Source: Verrucomicrobiota bacterium
GTDB taxonomy: Bacteria > Chlamydiota > Chlamydiia > Chlamydiales > 2-12-FULL-49-11
NCBI GenBank assembly: GCA_018240105.1
Contig: JAFEGE010000065.1
Span: 1,804 to 65,803, forward strand
DNA length: 64,000 nt
Direction of reading: 5' to 3'
The position numbers were made by a program, and so were the translations under genes. A model generated the notes under the pieces. The model saw only the letters and a list, made by a program, of their open reading frames with translations, was not told where the DNA came from and ran no database searches. Position 1 is the first letter of the stretch, and every line of letters begins with the position of its first letter. This document shows, piece after piece, positions 27,330-36,718 of the stretch.

Positions 27330-29345
27330 ATGAAAACCCCTCTTGCTTGGCTAAAAAAATACCTTCCGTTTGCCCTTGATGTCGAGGCTCTCAGCGATCT
27401 ACTAACCCTGTCTGGTCTCGAAGTAGAAAAAGTAGAGGACTCTGAAGACGATCTCATTTTAACGATTGCTCTAACACCCGACCTAGGCCACTGTCGTAGC
27501 ATTCTCGGTATTGCAAGAGAACTTGCCCCTCATCTACAAGAGACGATTAAATATCCGGCGATCACTCTTAAAGAAGATCCAGATAATTTAACTAGCAGTA
27601 AAATAAGCCTTTCAAACGAAGACTTTGAGGCTTGCCCCCATTACAACTTACGCATACTCCAAGGGATAGAAGTTGGCCCTTCTCCCGCTTGGCTCTCACA
27701 CTTTTTAGAACAAGCCGGCTACCAAAGCATCAACAATGTAGTAGATATCACAAATTTTGTGATGATGGAAACAGGTCAACCACTCCACGCTTTTGACTAC
27801 GACAGATTAAAACATAAACATATAATCATCCGAAAATCTATTAAAGAAGAGTTGTTAGAGACTTTAGATGGTACTACACGTACCATTCCAGAAGGGACTC
27901 TTCTCATCTTTGATGGTAAAACACCGATTGCGATAGCAGGTGTTATGGGTGGTTTAGAGAGCGGTGTCCATAGTTCTACTCATACCATTGTATTGGAAGC
28001 TGCGCAATTCATGCCGAGCATCGTCCGAAAGGGCGCTAAAAAATTAGGCATACGCACCGAATCATCGTCGCGTTTTGAAAATGGGATAGACCCGGCTGGC
28101 ATAAAAAACGCCTTAAATAGAGCAGCCTCTCTTTTAATCGAACATGCAAAAGGACGCCTTCTCAAATCTATTCTAGAGCAGTCTTTAAAACCGTATCTCC
28201 CACGATTTCTAAACGTCCGTTTAAGTAGAATAAACAAGGTTTTAGGGATTACACTCAGCCTTAGCGAAGTGGAAACTCTTTTTACACGACTCTCCTTTTC
28301 TTTCTCCTCTGATGGGCAAGAGACTTTTCATGTAAAGGTACCAAGTTATAGAGGCGATCTCCAAAGTGAAATAGATCTTATAGCCGAAGTTGCAAAACTT
28401 TATGGGTTAAATAATATTGAACGGCGGCCCATAAGAAGTTTTCACGCAACAACCCCCGATCATCCTCTTTACCTCTTTGAGAAAAAAGTACAAAATCGCC
28501 TAATCGCTTTAGGGCTACAGCAATTTGTCACATGCAACCTCTTAAGCCCTCTTTTAGCAAGCCTTACTGCAGATAAAGACCCGATAGCTGTTTTACACGC
28601 TAAATCGGTAGACCAATCGATCTTACGTAGTTCACTCCTACCGGGACTTCTCGCTGTGTTAAAAGAGAATCAAAACCATAAAACTTTTGATGTGCAAGGT
28701 TTTGAAATTGGCAAGATTCATTTCAAGAAGAAAGAGGGCTATGAAGAGCGCCTCTCTCTTGGTATCGTAATGATGGGCAGCCGCGCCCCTTACCATTTTG
28801 CTCACAAAGTAGAGCCTCTTGATTTTTACGATTTAAAGGGTGTCGTAGAGGGGCTAAGAAAAAGCTTACTTCTTTCCGATTTTGATTTTAAAAATAAAGC
28901 CCTTAAAACATTTCACCCCTATCGCCAAGCAAGCCTCTCACATAATGAAGAGGTCTTTGGTGTTATGGGCGAGGTCCATCCCGAAGTCTTAGAAAAATTA
29001 GCGATAAAAGGGCGCGTCCTATTTGCAGAGATTGATCTAGAAGCGCTCTTAAAAAAGGTAGAGGTCTTAGCAACCTTTACCCCTCTCTCTCTATTTCCGA
29101 CCTCTGAGCGCGACCTTACTCTTTCTCTTCCGATGCAAGCAGAGCTAAAACCCATCTTTGCTGCCCTTGCAAACTTCTCTTCTCCCCTTCTTAAAAAGAC
29201 GCTACTTCTAGATATTTACATAGCCTCTTCAGAAGAAAAGCGTGTGACACTCCGCTTCACCTATCAAGATGATCACAAAACGCTCTCACAAGAAGTTGTA
29301 GAAGAAGAGCACGCAAAGATCGTCTCTCTCTTGTCTACTCTTTGA
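27330..29345 (+). CDS. pheT: phenylalanine--tRNA ligase beta subunit, lacking the N-terminal OB-fold tRNA-binding (B2) domain
   Basis: B1 start (PLAWLKKYLP...LSGLEVEKVE) runs directly into the post-B2 motif LTIALTPDLGHCRSILGIAREL. B3/4, B5 and the C-terminal FDX-ACB regions are present. 671 aa. Confidence 0.85.
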   Translation: MKTPLAWLKKYLPFALDVEALSDLLTLSGLEVEKVEDSEDDLILTIALTPDLGHCRSILGIARELAPHLQETIKYPAITLKEDPDNLTSSKISLSNEDFEACPHYNLRILQGIEVGPSPAWLSHFLEQAGYQSINNVVDITNFVMMETGQPLHAFDYDRLKHKHIIIRKSIKEELLETLDGTTRTIPEGTLLIFDGKTPIAIAGVMGGLESGVHSSTHTIVLEAAQFMPSIVRKGAKKLGIRTESSSRFENGIDPAGIKNALNRAASLLIEHAKGRLLKSILEQSLKPYLPRFLNVRLSRINKVLGITLSLSEVETLFTRLSFSFSSDGQETFHVKVPSYRGDLQSEIDLIAEVAKLYGLNNIERRPIRSFHATTPDHPLYLFEKKVQNRLIALGLQQFVTCNLLSPLLASLTADKDPIAVLHAKSVDQSILRSSLLPGLLAVLKENQNHKTFDVQGFEIGKIHFKKKEGYEERLSLGIVMMGSRAPYHFAHKVEPLDFYDLKGVVEGLRKSLLLSDFDFKNKALKTFHPYRQASLSHNEEVFGVMGEVHPEVLEKLAIKGRVLFAEIDLEALLKKVEVLATFTPLSLFPTSERDLTLSLPMQAELKPIFAALANFSSPLLKKTLLLDIYIASSEEKRVTLRFTYQDDHKTLSQEVVEEEHAKIVSLLSTL

Positions 29346-29417
29346 GACACTTTTTGATTGCAAAAAACAGAGATCTGCTCCATCTTTAATCTTTTGATGA
29401 ATGGAAGAGGAGCTCCT

Positions 29418-30401
29418 ATGAAAAGTAAATATGGACTTGCGACCTTATTTGTAGGTCTTGCCTGCGCAGGATGCGGTCCTTCAGGAAAAGATCCAAACGT
29501 AGTCTTAAGCAGATATGTACACAGATATGGATATGATGTCTCTCGTGAAGAGTGGGAAACACAACAACATCCAGGCCAAGTACTCACAACTCTACGCAAT
29601 GGCCAAACAATCAGCACCTCTTACGAAGAAGGCGTACTGCACGGCACAAAAACACAAACTTTCCCTCACAGTCAAACAGTACAAATTTCAGAGAAATATC
29701 ATAAAGGCAGCCTTGTAAAAAGAGTGACCTATTCAATCCGTGGCGTCCCTCAAAAAGAAGAAGTCTTTAAATCTCCGACAGAAGTATTAGTGACAACTTG
29801 GTATCCCTCTGGCACACCTAAGACTAAAGAAGAGTTCAAAGATGATGTTCTACTCAACGGCCAATACTTTAATTTGGCAAATGATATAGACTCTCGCGTA
29901 GAAAACGGCACAGGCGAGCGTACACAACGCAACCAAAGCGGTGATCTACTTTCTAAAGAGGTCTTTAGCAATTATACAGTTACCTATTTAGAGTCCTACT
30001 ATCCTAATAACTGCCCTCATACAACAACTTCTTATGAAAATGGTTTAATCCATGGCGAGAAGAAAGTATTTGCGATGAGTGGTGAGCCTCTTTCTGTAGA
30101 AAATTATCTACGAGGAGAAAAACATGGACCTGCAACTTACTATCAAAATGGGTATAAGTACTTAGAAGTAAATTACGATAGAAATTTAAAAGACGGTTTA
30201 GAGCGTCATTTTGTCGATGGTGACATTGTTATCGAAGAGACAGAATATAAAAATGGCCTCAAACACGGCTCTTCCATCGTTTTCTGCGACGGCAGCGCCC
30301 GCACTACTTGGTATTTTGAAGACGCAAAAGTCCCAAAACCTAAGTATGAAGAGCTTACGCTTCGCTCACAAGCGATCATGAGCATGCAGCCAGAAAACTA
30401 A
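29418..30401 (+). CDS. MORN-variant repeat lipoprotein
   Basis: Start moved to the ATG at 29418 (GGAAGAGGAG RBS), giving MKSKYGLATLFVGLACAGC with a lipobox. Body has repeated YxxGxLHG/KHG units. Confidence 0.7.
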   Translation: MKSKYGLATLFVGLACAGCGPSGKDPNVVLSRYVHRYGYDVSREEWETQQHPGQVLTTLRNGQTISTSYEEGVLHGTKTQTFPHSQTVQISEKYHKGSLVKRVTYSIRGVPQKEEVFKSPTEVLVTTWYPSGTPKTKEEFKDDVLLNGQYFNLANDIDSRVENGTGERTQRNQSGDLLSKEVFSNYTVTYLESYYPNNCPHTTTSYENGLIHGEKKVFAMSGEPLSVENYLRGEKHGPATYYQNGYKYLEVNYDRNLKDGLERHFVDGDIVIEETEYKNGLKHGSSIVFCDGSARTTWYFEDAKVPKPKYEELTLRSQAIMSMQPEN

Positions 30402-30422
30402 TTCCTCTTCTTGCAAAATTCT

Positions 30423-30468
30423 AAATACCCATCTTGCTTTACACAAACAGGATGGGTATTTTTCTTTC
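30423..30468 (+). terminator. rho-independent terminator
   Basis: aaatacccatc...(17-nt loop)...gatgggtattt followed by ttctttcc. Confidence 0.6.
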
Positions 30469-30498
30469 CATATTCCCCATCTATGCGTATAGATAGAC

Positions 30499-30602
30499 TT
30501 ATATACCGAGGGTAATGCAAAAATCGGGATGTGGCAAGAAGGCGCCTCGAATTTAAAATAGGCGACGCCAAATCCGATTCTTGAACCACGAGCGGTATAT
30601 AT
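30499..30602 (+). repeat. structured intergenic repeat, copy B (longest member of the family)
   Basis: Nested stems: tatataccg/cggtatata (outer), caaaaatcgg/ccgattcttg, tggc/gcca, cgcct/aggcg. The two halves align with copy A (16243-16319) and copy C (50117-50153). Confidence 0.6.
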
Positions 30603-30626
30603 ATCTACTTTAATAGGATAAGGAAG

Positions 30627-30800
30627 ATGAACGAAGAGAACTACATTAAGAAAATTGCCAAGCTAGAATCTCTTAATGACCAATTGCAAACAGAGTTTGA
30701 TCGTTTACACACACTTCTTAAAAAAGTAGGCTTCGAAGATGGCATTGCAACGCTTAAAGAAGCTGCCAAAGAAATGCTCGATCGGAAGAAAGAGAAGTAA
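30627..30800 (+). CDS. hypothetical small coiled-coil protein (57 aa), absent from the ORF track
   Basis: AGGAAG RBS 6 nt before the ATG at 30627. Translation MNEENYIKKIAKLESLNDQLQTEFDRLHTLLKKVGFEDGIATLKEAAKEMLDRKKEK, stop at 30798-30800. Confidence 0.5.
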   Translation: MNEENYIKKIAKLESLNDQLQTEFDRLHTLLKKVGFEDGIATLKEAAKEMLDRKKEK

Positions 30801-30817
30801 ATCTCATTTAAATTGAG

Positions 30818-31759
30818 TTAAAGCTTTTGCTTTTCATCGAAAGATAATTTTCGGAAAGGCTTTGGACAAGAGATTTTAGTCTCTATCGAACGGACTCTCC
30901 CGCTCTTACAACTCTCTTGGCAACAGCCCCTCTCTTTTTCTACGCAAGCGGGACAGGCAAGCATTAAGCCGTTACAATCCATGTTAGCACAGTTATAATA
31001 GGTATCAGCACTTGTTTGACAAAAGCGACAAAGGGTGATCGTCTCCTTGTTTTCTTTTGAGATGGGGATGACTAAGCGATCGTCAAAGACAAAAAGCTTG
31101 CCTCTCCAGTGCGCCTCACCCTCCTCTAATCCGTAACGGATGACTCCCCCTTTTAACTGTAGAATCTCTTTAAACCCAAGATCCTTTAGTAGAGGTGAAT
31201 AAAGTTCACAGCGGATCCCTCCGGTACAATACATAAGGACGCGGGTCTTACTTGGATCTATTTTAGAAGAGAGCTCTTTAGCAAAGGCTGGAAATTCACG
31301 AAATGTTTCGATATCAGGGCGAATGGCACCTTCAAAATAGCCCACACATGACTCGTAGTTATTTCTTACATCTAAGACGATTGTGTTTGGATCACCCTTT
31401 TCCATAGCTTCACGCCACTCTTTTGGTGAAATATGGGCGCCACGCTTCGTTAAATCGACTTCTTGGTTTATGGCTACGAGCTCTTTACGAAGTTTTACAG
31501 AGAGTTTATGGAATGCGTGTTCAGAAGAGGGGTGGATCTTTACATCTGCCTCTTTATAGCGCTCATCTTTTTCTAAGAAGCTAAGGTAAGCCTCTACATC
31601 TCTATTGTTAAGAGAGAGCTGTGCGTTGACACCTTGAGAGGCGATGTAGATGCGCCCTTTACTATCTAAAGTACGCAGAAATTTTTCATGTCTATCCCTC
31701 TCCTCTTTAGGATCATCAAAAGGGTGGAGAACGTAATAAGCAAGTACTGAATAGTCCAT
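30818..31759 (-). CDS. trhO: rhodanese-domain tRNA uridine(34) hydroxylase (UPF0176/YceA family)
   Basis: MDYSVLAYYVLHPFDDP...RIYIASQGVNAQLS N-terminus. Rhodanese CTGGIRCE active-site loop. C-terminal Cys cluster. Start moved to the ATG at 31759. Confidence 0.85.
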   Translation of the reverse strand: MDYSVLAYYVLHPFDDPKEERDRHEKFLRTLDSKGRIYIASQGVNAQLSLNNRDVEAYLSFLEKDERYKEADVKIHPSSEHAFHKLSVKLRKELVAINQEVDLTKRGAHISPKEWREAMEKGDPNTIVLDVRNNYESCVGYFEGAIRPDIETFREFPAFAKELSSKIDPSKTRVLMYCTGGIRCELYSPLLKDLGFKEILQLKGGVIRYGLEEGEAHWRGKLFVFDDRLVIPISKENKETITLCRFCQTSADTYYNCANMDCNGLMLACPACVEKERGCCQESCKSGRVRSIETKISCPKPFRKLSFDEKQKL

Positions 31760-31989
31760 AGATATCCCTAAAATTACGGCTATAATTCTACCGAAATCCA
31801 ACAAATCTCGCTACAGTGATTCTTCTCCTTGCTACTGCATATAGTAAATTTTTTAATTATTTGAAGAAAAGAGACTATCTGCCTTTCTTGGAAACCCTTT
31901 ACCAGGTTAAATATTACATTTTTATACTTGTTTTCAAATAACGCTTTTCTTATCATCTTGTGCTCTAGTTAAAATTGGATAGGAGAACT

Positions 31990-32610
31990 ATGGCTCGTTA
32001 TACCGGCCCTAAAAATCGAATCGCAAGGCGCCTTGGAGCAAACGTCTTTGGACGCACACGCAACCCACTAGCTCACAAACAGCATCCCCCAGGACAACAC
32101 GGTGCTAAAAGAAAGAAAAAATCTGACTTTGGTGTCCAGTTAGAAGAAAAACAGAAGCTACGCGCCTCATACGGCATGCTCTCTCAGAAGCAGCTTGTTG
32201 CCTACTACCGTAAAGCTATTACTTTAAATGAAAACACACAAAATGCGTTTATATCCATGCTAGAGACTCGCCTCGATACGCTTGTGTACCGCTTAAAATT
32301 CGGTCTTACTATTTTCCATGCACAGCAACTCGTAGCCCATGGTCACATTTTAGTAGATGGAAAAAAAATGGATAAACGCTCCTTCCATGTAAAGCCTGGC
32401 ATGACTGTTTCTATCCGTGAAAAATCTAAGAATAACCCGCTTGTAAAACAAAGCTTAGAGAGAACAGCTGTTGAAGTACCAACATACCTCTCTCTAGATG
32501 CGACAAAAATGAGCGGTCAACTCCTCGCTTCACCACACCTCGATCAGATCCCTCTTCCCCTTCCTGTGAATGTGGCTGTTGTTTGCGAATTCTTAGCTCA
32601 CTCTACTTAA
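31990..32610 (+). CDS. rpsD: 30S ribosomal protein S4
   Basis: [16 protein letters not shown]... AGGAG RBS before the ATG at 31990. Confidence 0.95.
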   Translation: MARYTGPKNRIARRLGANVFGRTRNPLAHKQHPPGQHGAKRKKKSDFGVQLEEKQKLRASYGMLSQKQLVAYYRKAITLNENTQNAFISMLETRLDTLVYRLKFGLTIFHAQQLVAHGHILVDGKKMDKRSFHVKPGMTVSIREKSKNNPLVKQSLERTAVEVPTYLSLDATKMSGQLLASPHLDQIPLPLPVNVAVVCEFLAHST

Positions 32611-32625
32611 GCACGAGAGACGTCT

Positions 32626-33495
32626 CTGACAGCTCGACATCTTAAACCATTAATTGGCGCTCACACCTCCGCATCCGGGGGTGTGCACAATGCCCTTCTA
32701 GAGGGCAAAGCTATCGGCGCCAATACGGTTCAATTTTTTACTGCAAACCAAAGAACCTGGCATACTAAGCCGCTCTCTGATGAAGCTGTTCTTCTTTGGG
32801 AAAAGGCCCGGGACGAGACCGGTATCGAAGTGGTCATGAGCCACGATAGCTACCTTATCAACCTCGGCTCTCCTGATAAAGAAATTTTAGCAAAAAGTCG
32901 TAAAGCTTTCCGTTTAGAGCTCGAGCGTTGTCTTCTCTTAGGTGTCACCTATCTTAATTTCCACCCCGGTGCCTATACAACAGGAACTCTGGAGGAGGGG
33001 TTAGATACTATTATAGAAAGCCTTCTTGAAATTGCGCCTCTCGCAAACACAGGAAAAACGCGCCTTCTTCTAGAGACAACCGCCGGCCAAGGCAGCTGTA
33101 TGGGCTCAAAGTTTGAAGAAATCGCCTACCTTATCCAAAAGACTCATAAAATTCTCCCGATCGGCGTTTGTATCGATACTTGCCATATTTTTGCAGCCGG
33201 TTATGACATTCGGACAAAAGAGGGTTTTAACAAGACTATCGAAGAGTTTGATGAAAAAATAGGCCTCTCAAACCTCTATGCTTTTCACGTAAATGATTCT
33301 CTAAAGCCGCTAGGATCAAGAGCCGATCGCCATGCAAGCTTAGGTAAAGGCCTTATCGGACTCCCCTGTTTTGAAGCCCTCATGCAACATGAGAAGCTCT
33401 CTCATATGCCAAAGTATCTAGAGACCCCCGACCATACAATCTGGTCAGAGGAGATCGCTCTTCTTAGCAAGTTTAGAGAAGTTATATCCAAGTAA
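32626..33495 (+). CDS. nfo: endonuclease IV; start codon uncertain and non-canonical
   Basis: The conserved N-terminal LIGAHTSASGG lies upstream of the track GTG (32683). The open frame runs back to the rpsD stop with no in-frame ATG/GTG/TTG; CTG 32626 and ATT 32653 are the candidates. HPG, HxND and other Nfo motifs are present downstream. Confidence 0.75.
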   Translation: MTARHLKPLIGAHTSASGGVHNALLEGKAIGANTVQFFTANQRTWHTKPLSDEAVLLWEKARDETGIEVVMSHDSYLINLGSPDKEILAKSRKAFRLELERCLLLGVTYLNFHPGAYTTGTLEEGLDTIIESLLEIAPLANTGKTRLLLETTAGQGSCMGSKFEEIAYLIQKTHKILPIGVCIDTCHIFAAGYDIRTKEGFNKTIEEFDEKIGLSNLYAFHVNDSLKPLGSRADRHASLGKGLIGLPCFEALMQHEKLSHMPKYLETPDHTIWSEEIALLSKFREVISK

Positions 33496-33681
33496 ATTCC
33501 AAAGCGCTACAACTTAAAGAAGTGAATATGAGTGAGAAACGATCATTCAAAGATGGCGTGTTAGACGATGCAAATTTGCAGTGTTAATTTTAAAGATTGG
33601 TATTAAGCCGTACTTTTTGAATTCGCTTCAGTATAATAGGGACTTTGCCTATAATGCTCGGATAGATTATTCTTCGTTTAA

Positions 33682-33754
33682 GGACTGATAGCTCAGTGGA
33701 TAGAGCACCCGCCTTCTAAGCGGGCGGTCGTAGGTTCGAATCCTACTCAGTCCG
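33682..33754 (+). tRNA. tRNA-Arg (anticodon TCT)
   Basis: ggactga-ta-gctcagtggatagagc-a-cccgc-cttctaa-gcggg...gtaggttcgaatcctac-tcagtcc-g. Confidence 0.92.
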
Positions 33755-33771
33755 TATATTTATTGGCAGGT

Positions 33772-36375
33772 ATGCAAAAGAATTATATCTTTTTTGAAGA
33801 CGAATCACTAGGCTCCATCACATTTGAGCCAGGCTCTTTTGAGAAAACAGTCTTTGAGTCCCTTGAGACACCCCTCTTTAAACAAAAAACCAGCCTTGAA
33901 AAACATGACATCTGTAGTTTAAATCTCTTTGAAGAGATCTGTCGTTTAGAGGGAGAGGTCTTTCTCTTACCAAAAGTAGTCGACTACATTGAGCGTGTTC
34001 GCAAAATACTACCGACTTATAACCTTGCCAGCTTTGAGTTTTGGTTAAACCACCAAAAAGAGATCTCTGAAGAGGTTAAATTAAAAGTACGTGGCCGTAT
34101 CGTAGGCAAATACATCCCTCGTATGGAGTATCATCGCTACTTTCCAAAAGGCGAAGAAGAGGGCTCTTTTTTTGGCCCCCACTACTCTTTAGCCCACTTC
34201 TCCCCTGATATAGACACAACAGTTGCCTCTTTTTCTTGCTTTCTAAATGCCTTTGCTTCTCGTATAGGAAAAACGCGCCACCATTGGGTAATCCCTGGCG
34301 GCCCTCCAAAAGAATCTGTAGAGATCGATTTAATTTTCCGTAAAAGCCTTGGTAACGCGATCTTTTCAGCTATTAGCTCTAAGGGAAAGCGCCTACCAAT
34401 CTCTAGCTTAGATCTTTTAACACACAAAAACCTAGTCTACAAAAAACTCTCTGATCTGGCTTCCAGTGTTGACCATGAAAGATCAAAAAATGCTGTAGTT
34501 CTTGTTGATGACGAGGGTTGCTATAAAGGCGACTGGCGCGATGTCGATGTAGAAGCGGTTGACATGATCACAGGCGCTGTCTTAAAAATGGTAAGAGAGC
34601 ACCTGACAACCTTTACAGAATCACTTGTTACTCTCCTCAGCAAAGAGAATCTCTCTCTCAAAGAGGTAGAAGCTTTTATTCATAAAGCGCTCGAGCGCCC
34701 TCTTTCAGAGGGAGAGCGCCTAAAAAGCCATACCCTAAAGCAACAAGACCATCTTCAGATTTTCTTAAAAGAGGTATTACACATCTCTCATGGTTACAGA
34801 GCTACCGTAGAGGCCTTCTTAGCAGAGCTTAAACCTGATCTTGGCTATTTAGCTCTTAAGAGAGCTATCCTCGATTTTCCTAAAAAGATCTTCTCTACGC
34901 CGACCACTTTAGGAGACTCGCAAGAAGTCTTTAAGAATCTAGCCCATTTAGTCTCTTTAGAAAAAGAGGCGTACCAACAGTTACAAAGCTTTTTAGACTC
35001 ACTCTATATTGCCCTTACTATCAAGCAAAAAGTCCTAGGCCTAGCACCAACCTTTGTTAGCCATTTAGCTGAATATGATGAAATACGCGCTGAGATGAAG
35101 CACTATTTTCACCTAACGGTCGTCTATAAAGAGGGCGAGAAGCTCTATCCCCTTGGCATCATTCATAGCGAAGATGTAAGCCGTAAGACTATCGGCTCTT
35201 CTTCTTGGAACGACTTTTCAAATCCTTTTGAGACAGATTCTCGCGAAGAGGTTGAGGTGATCAGCATCATCGACCACCATAAGACCACTCTTGCAAGCAA
35301 AAAAGCAGTCTTGGGTATTTTGAAAGATGTCCAAGCAAGTAACACTATATTTGCTAACTTAGCTTTTGAAATTAACGACCTATACAGCACAAATGGTATG
35401 AGCTTACAAGAGATTGATCAAGAGATAAAAGAGCTCTCTCAAAACCTTGACGCCTCTGTAAACGTAAGGATACTCCAAAGACTTCTAAAAAGAAAAAAGG
35501 CTGCTTTAACAGCGCGCCCCTTTTATATCTCAACAGATCGTGAACTTTTAGAGTACTACCAGTTTATCTTTGCTATCTTTGATGATACCGATCTCCTCAC
35601 AAAGGTTACCGGAGCTGATGTCGATTGTATGCGCGACCTCATTAACCGCTTTAAATCCCTTCTTCTTAAGAAAGAAGTCGAAGTTATTAACTTTGATGAG
35701 ATCTCTCGCAGCGATCCTCTCTATGCCAAAAAAGCGGCAAAAAAGATCCTACAAAACCCCGACGTCTACTCTCTGTACGCGAGCATCTATCACGCTAAAG
35801 AGGAGATGGTTGATAAAATTCTTTTAGAGACCGAAGAGGGTCATGATACATCCTTCTTTCAAGACACAAAACTCTTAAGCGGTTATGCAGAAGTCGGACA
35901 ATTTAAGTTTTTTGCTAAAAATGAGCCAACCTTAAGACGTCGCATGGCTCACCTTAGAAGCTTATGGTTAAAGCGCTGTGTAAAAAAGAGCGAGGAGAAC
36001 CCGGATGCTTCTCTCTTTATTTTTATGCTCTCTACCCTCTCTTCTGCACAAGAGCTCTTCTCAGGCGTCTCTGATAAGAACAGCTATAAAGATGAGCTTT
36101 GGTTTTGGGTACCGGAGGAGAATAAAAAAGCTGCCTACCAGTTAACGGCTTTCCTAGAAGAGTTTCGCTCTTGCCCTGCGATGAAAAATCAAGATTGGGA
36201 GATTGAATTCTTAGGAAAAGATCGCGGATATGAAAAAGCCTTTGCAGAGATTCTACAAAGGCCTTTTGTTGCGGAGCATTCTAAATGCGAGTTATCGGCT
36301 GTCGTTGTGAAAGTGCCTCAAAAATGCATTAAATCTAGAAAATCCGATATAGCTGTCTACTTAAACGCTCAGTAA
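33772..36375 (+). CDS. DHH-family phosphoesterase (family-II pyrophosphatase-like motifs) with a very large internal insertion
   Basis: Motif I HFSPDIDTTVAS (nt 34195 onward) and motif III IIDHH (DHH at 35272-35280) are about 355 aa apart. Start taken at the ATG at 33772, just after the tRNA. Confidence 0.65.
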   Translation: MQKNYIFFEDESLGSITFEPGSFEKTVFESLETPLFKQKTSLEKHDICSLNLFEEICRLEGEVFLLPKVVDYIERVRKILPTYNLASFEFWLNHQKEISEEVKLKVRGRIVGKYIPRMEYHRYFPKGEEEGSFFGPHYSLAHFSPDIDTTVASFSCFLNAFASRIGKTRHHWVIPGGPPKESVEIDLIFRKSLGNAIFSAISSKGKRLPISSLDLLTHKNLVYKKLSDLASSVDHERSKNAVVLVDDEGCYKGDWRDVDVEAVDMITGAVLKMVREHLTTFTESLVTLLSKENLSLKEVEAFIHKALERPLSEGERLKSHTLKQQDHLQIFLKEVLHISHGYRATVEAFLAELKPDLGYLALKRAILDFPKKIFSTPTTLGDSQEVFKNLAHLVSLEKEAYQQLQSFLDSLYIALTIKQKVLGLAPTFVSHLAEYDEIRAEMKHYFHLTVVYKEGEKLYPLGIIHSEDVSRKTIGSSSWNDFSNPFETDSREEVEVISIIDHHKTTLASKKAVLGILKDVQASNTIFANLAFEINDLYSTNGMSLQEIDQEIKELSQNLDASVNVRILQRLLKRKKAALTARPFYISTDRELLEYYQFIFAIFDDTDLLTKVTGADVDCMRDLINRFKSLLLKKEVEVINFDEISRSDPLYAKKAAKKILQNPDVYSLYASIYHAKEEMVDKILLETEEGHDTSFFQDTKLLSGYAEVGQFKFFAKNEPTLRRRMAHLRSLWLKRCVKKSEENPDASLFIFMLSTLSSAQELFSGVSDKNSYKDELWFWVPEENKKAAYQLTAFLEEFRSCPAMKNQDWEIEFLGKDRGYEKAFAEILQRPFVAEHSKCELSAVVVKVPQKCIKSRKSDIAVYLNAQ

Positions 36376-36636
36376 TTACTCAGCAACTGCAGCGCTTGGC
36401 TCTCCCTCTTCTAAGATTTCTAAGTTCACGCGAAGACCGTTTCGGCTAGCGACGGACATAAGTAATGTACGAATCGCATTGATAGTCTTTCCTCTTTTAC
36501 CGATAATTTTCCCGATATCAGCTTTTTCAACGCTCAGTTCAATAATGAGAGTCTGCGTTCCGCCAACTTCACTAATCTTAACTTTATCAGGATGATCAAC
36601 GAGATTTTTAACAATGTAGGCTACAAATTCTTGCAT
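36376..36636 (-). CDS. KH-domain RNA-binding protein (YlqC/UPF0109 family)
   Basis: MQEFVAYIVKNLVDHPDKVKI...IGKIIGKRGKTINAIRTLL (GxxG KH motif). 86 aa. Confidence 0.85.
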   Translation of the reverse strand: MQEFVAYIVKNLVDHPDKVKISEVGGTQTLIIELSVEKADIGKIIGKRGKTINAIRTLLMSVASRNGLRVNLEILEEGEPSAAVAE

Positions 36637-36718
36637 GGTTCGATCCTTGGTTTACGGTCAGCCCAGGATACCTCATTCTGAAGATATTTTTCTACAGATT
36701 TCATGAATTTGAAAGAAC

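Noticed and set aside
33496-33681. 19-codon ORF (MSEKRSFKDGVLDDANLQC) and TATAAT boxes upstream of tRNA-Arg(TCT)
   Set aside because: The ORF is too short and has no RBS. The two TATAAT hexamers lack convincing -35 partners at 16-18 nt, so I did not call a promoter.
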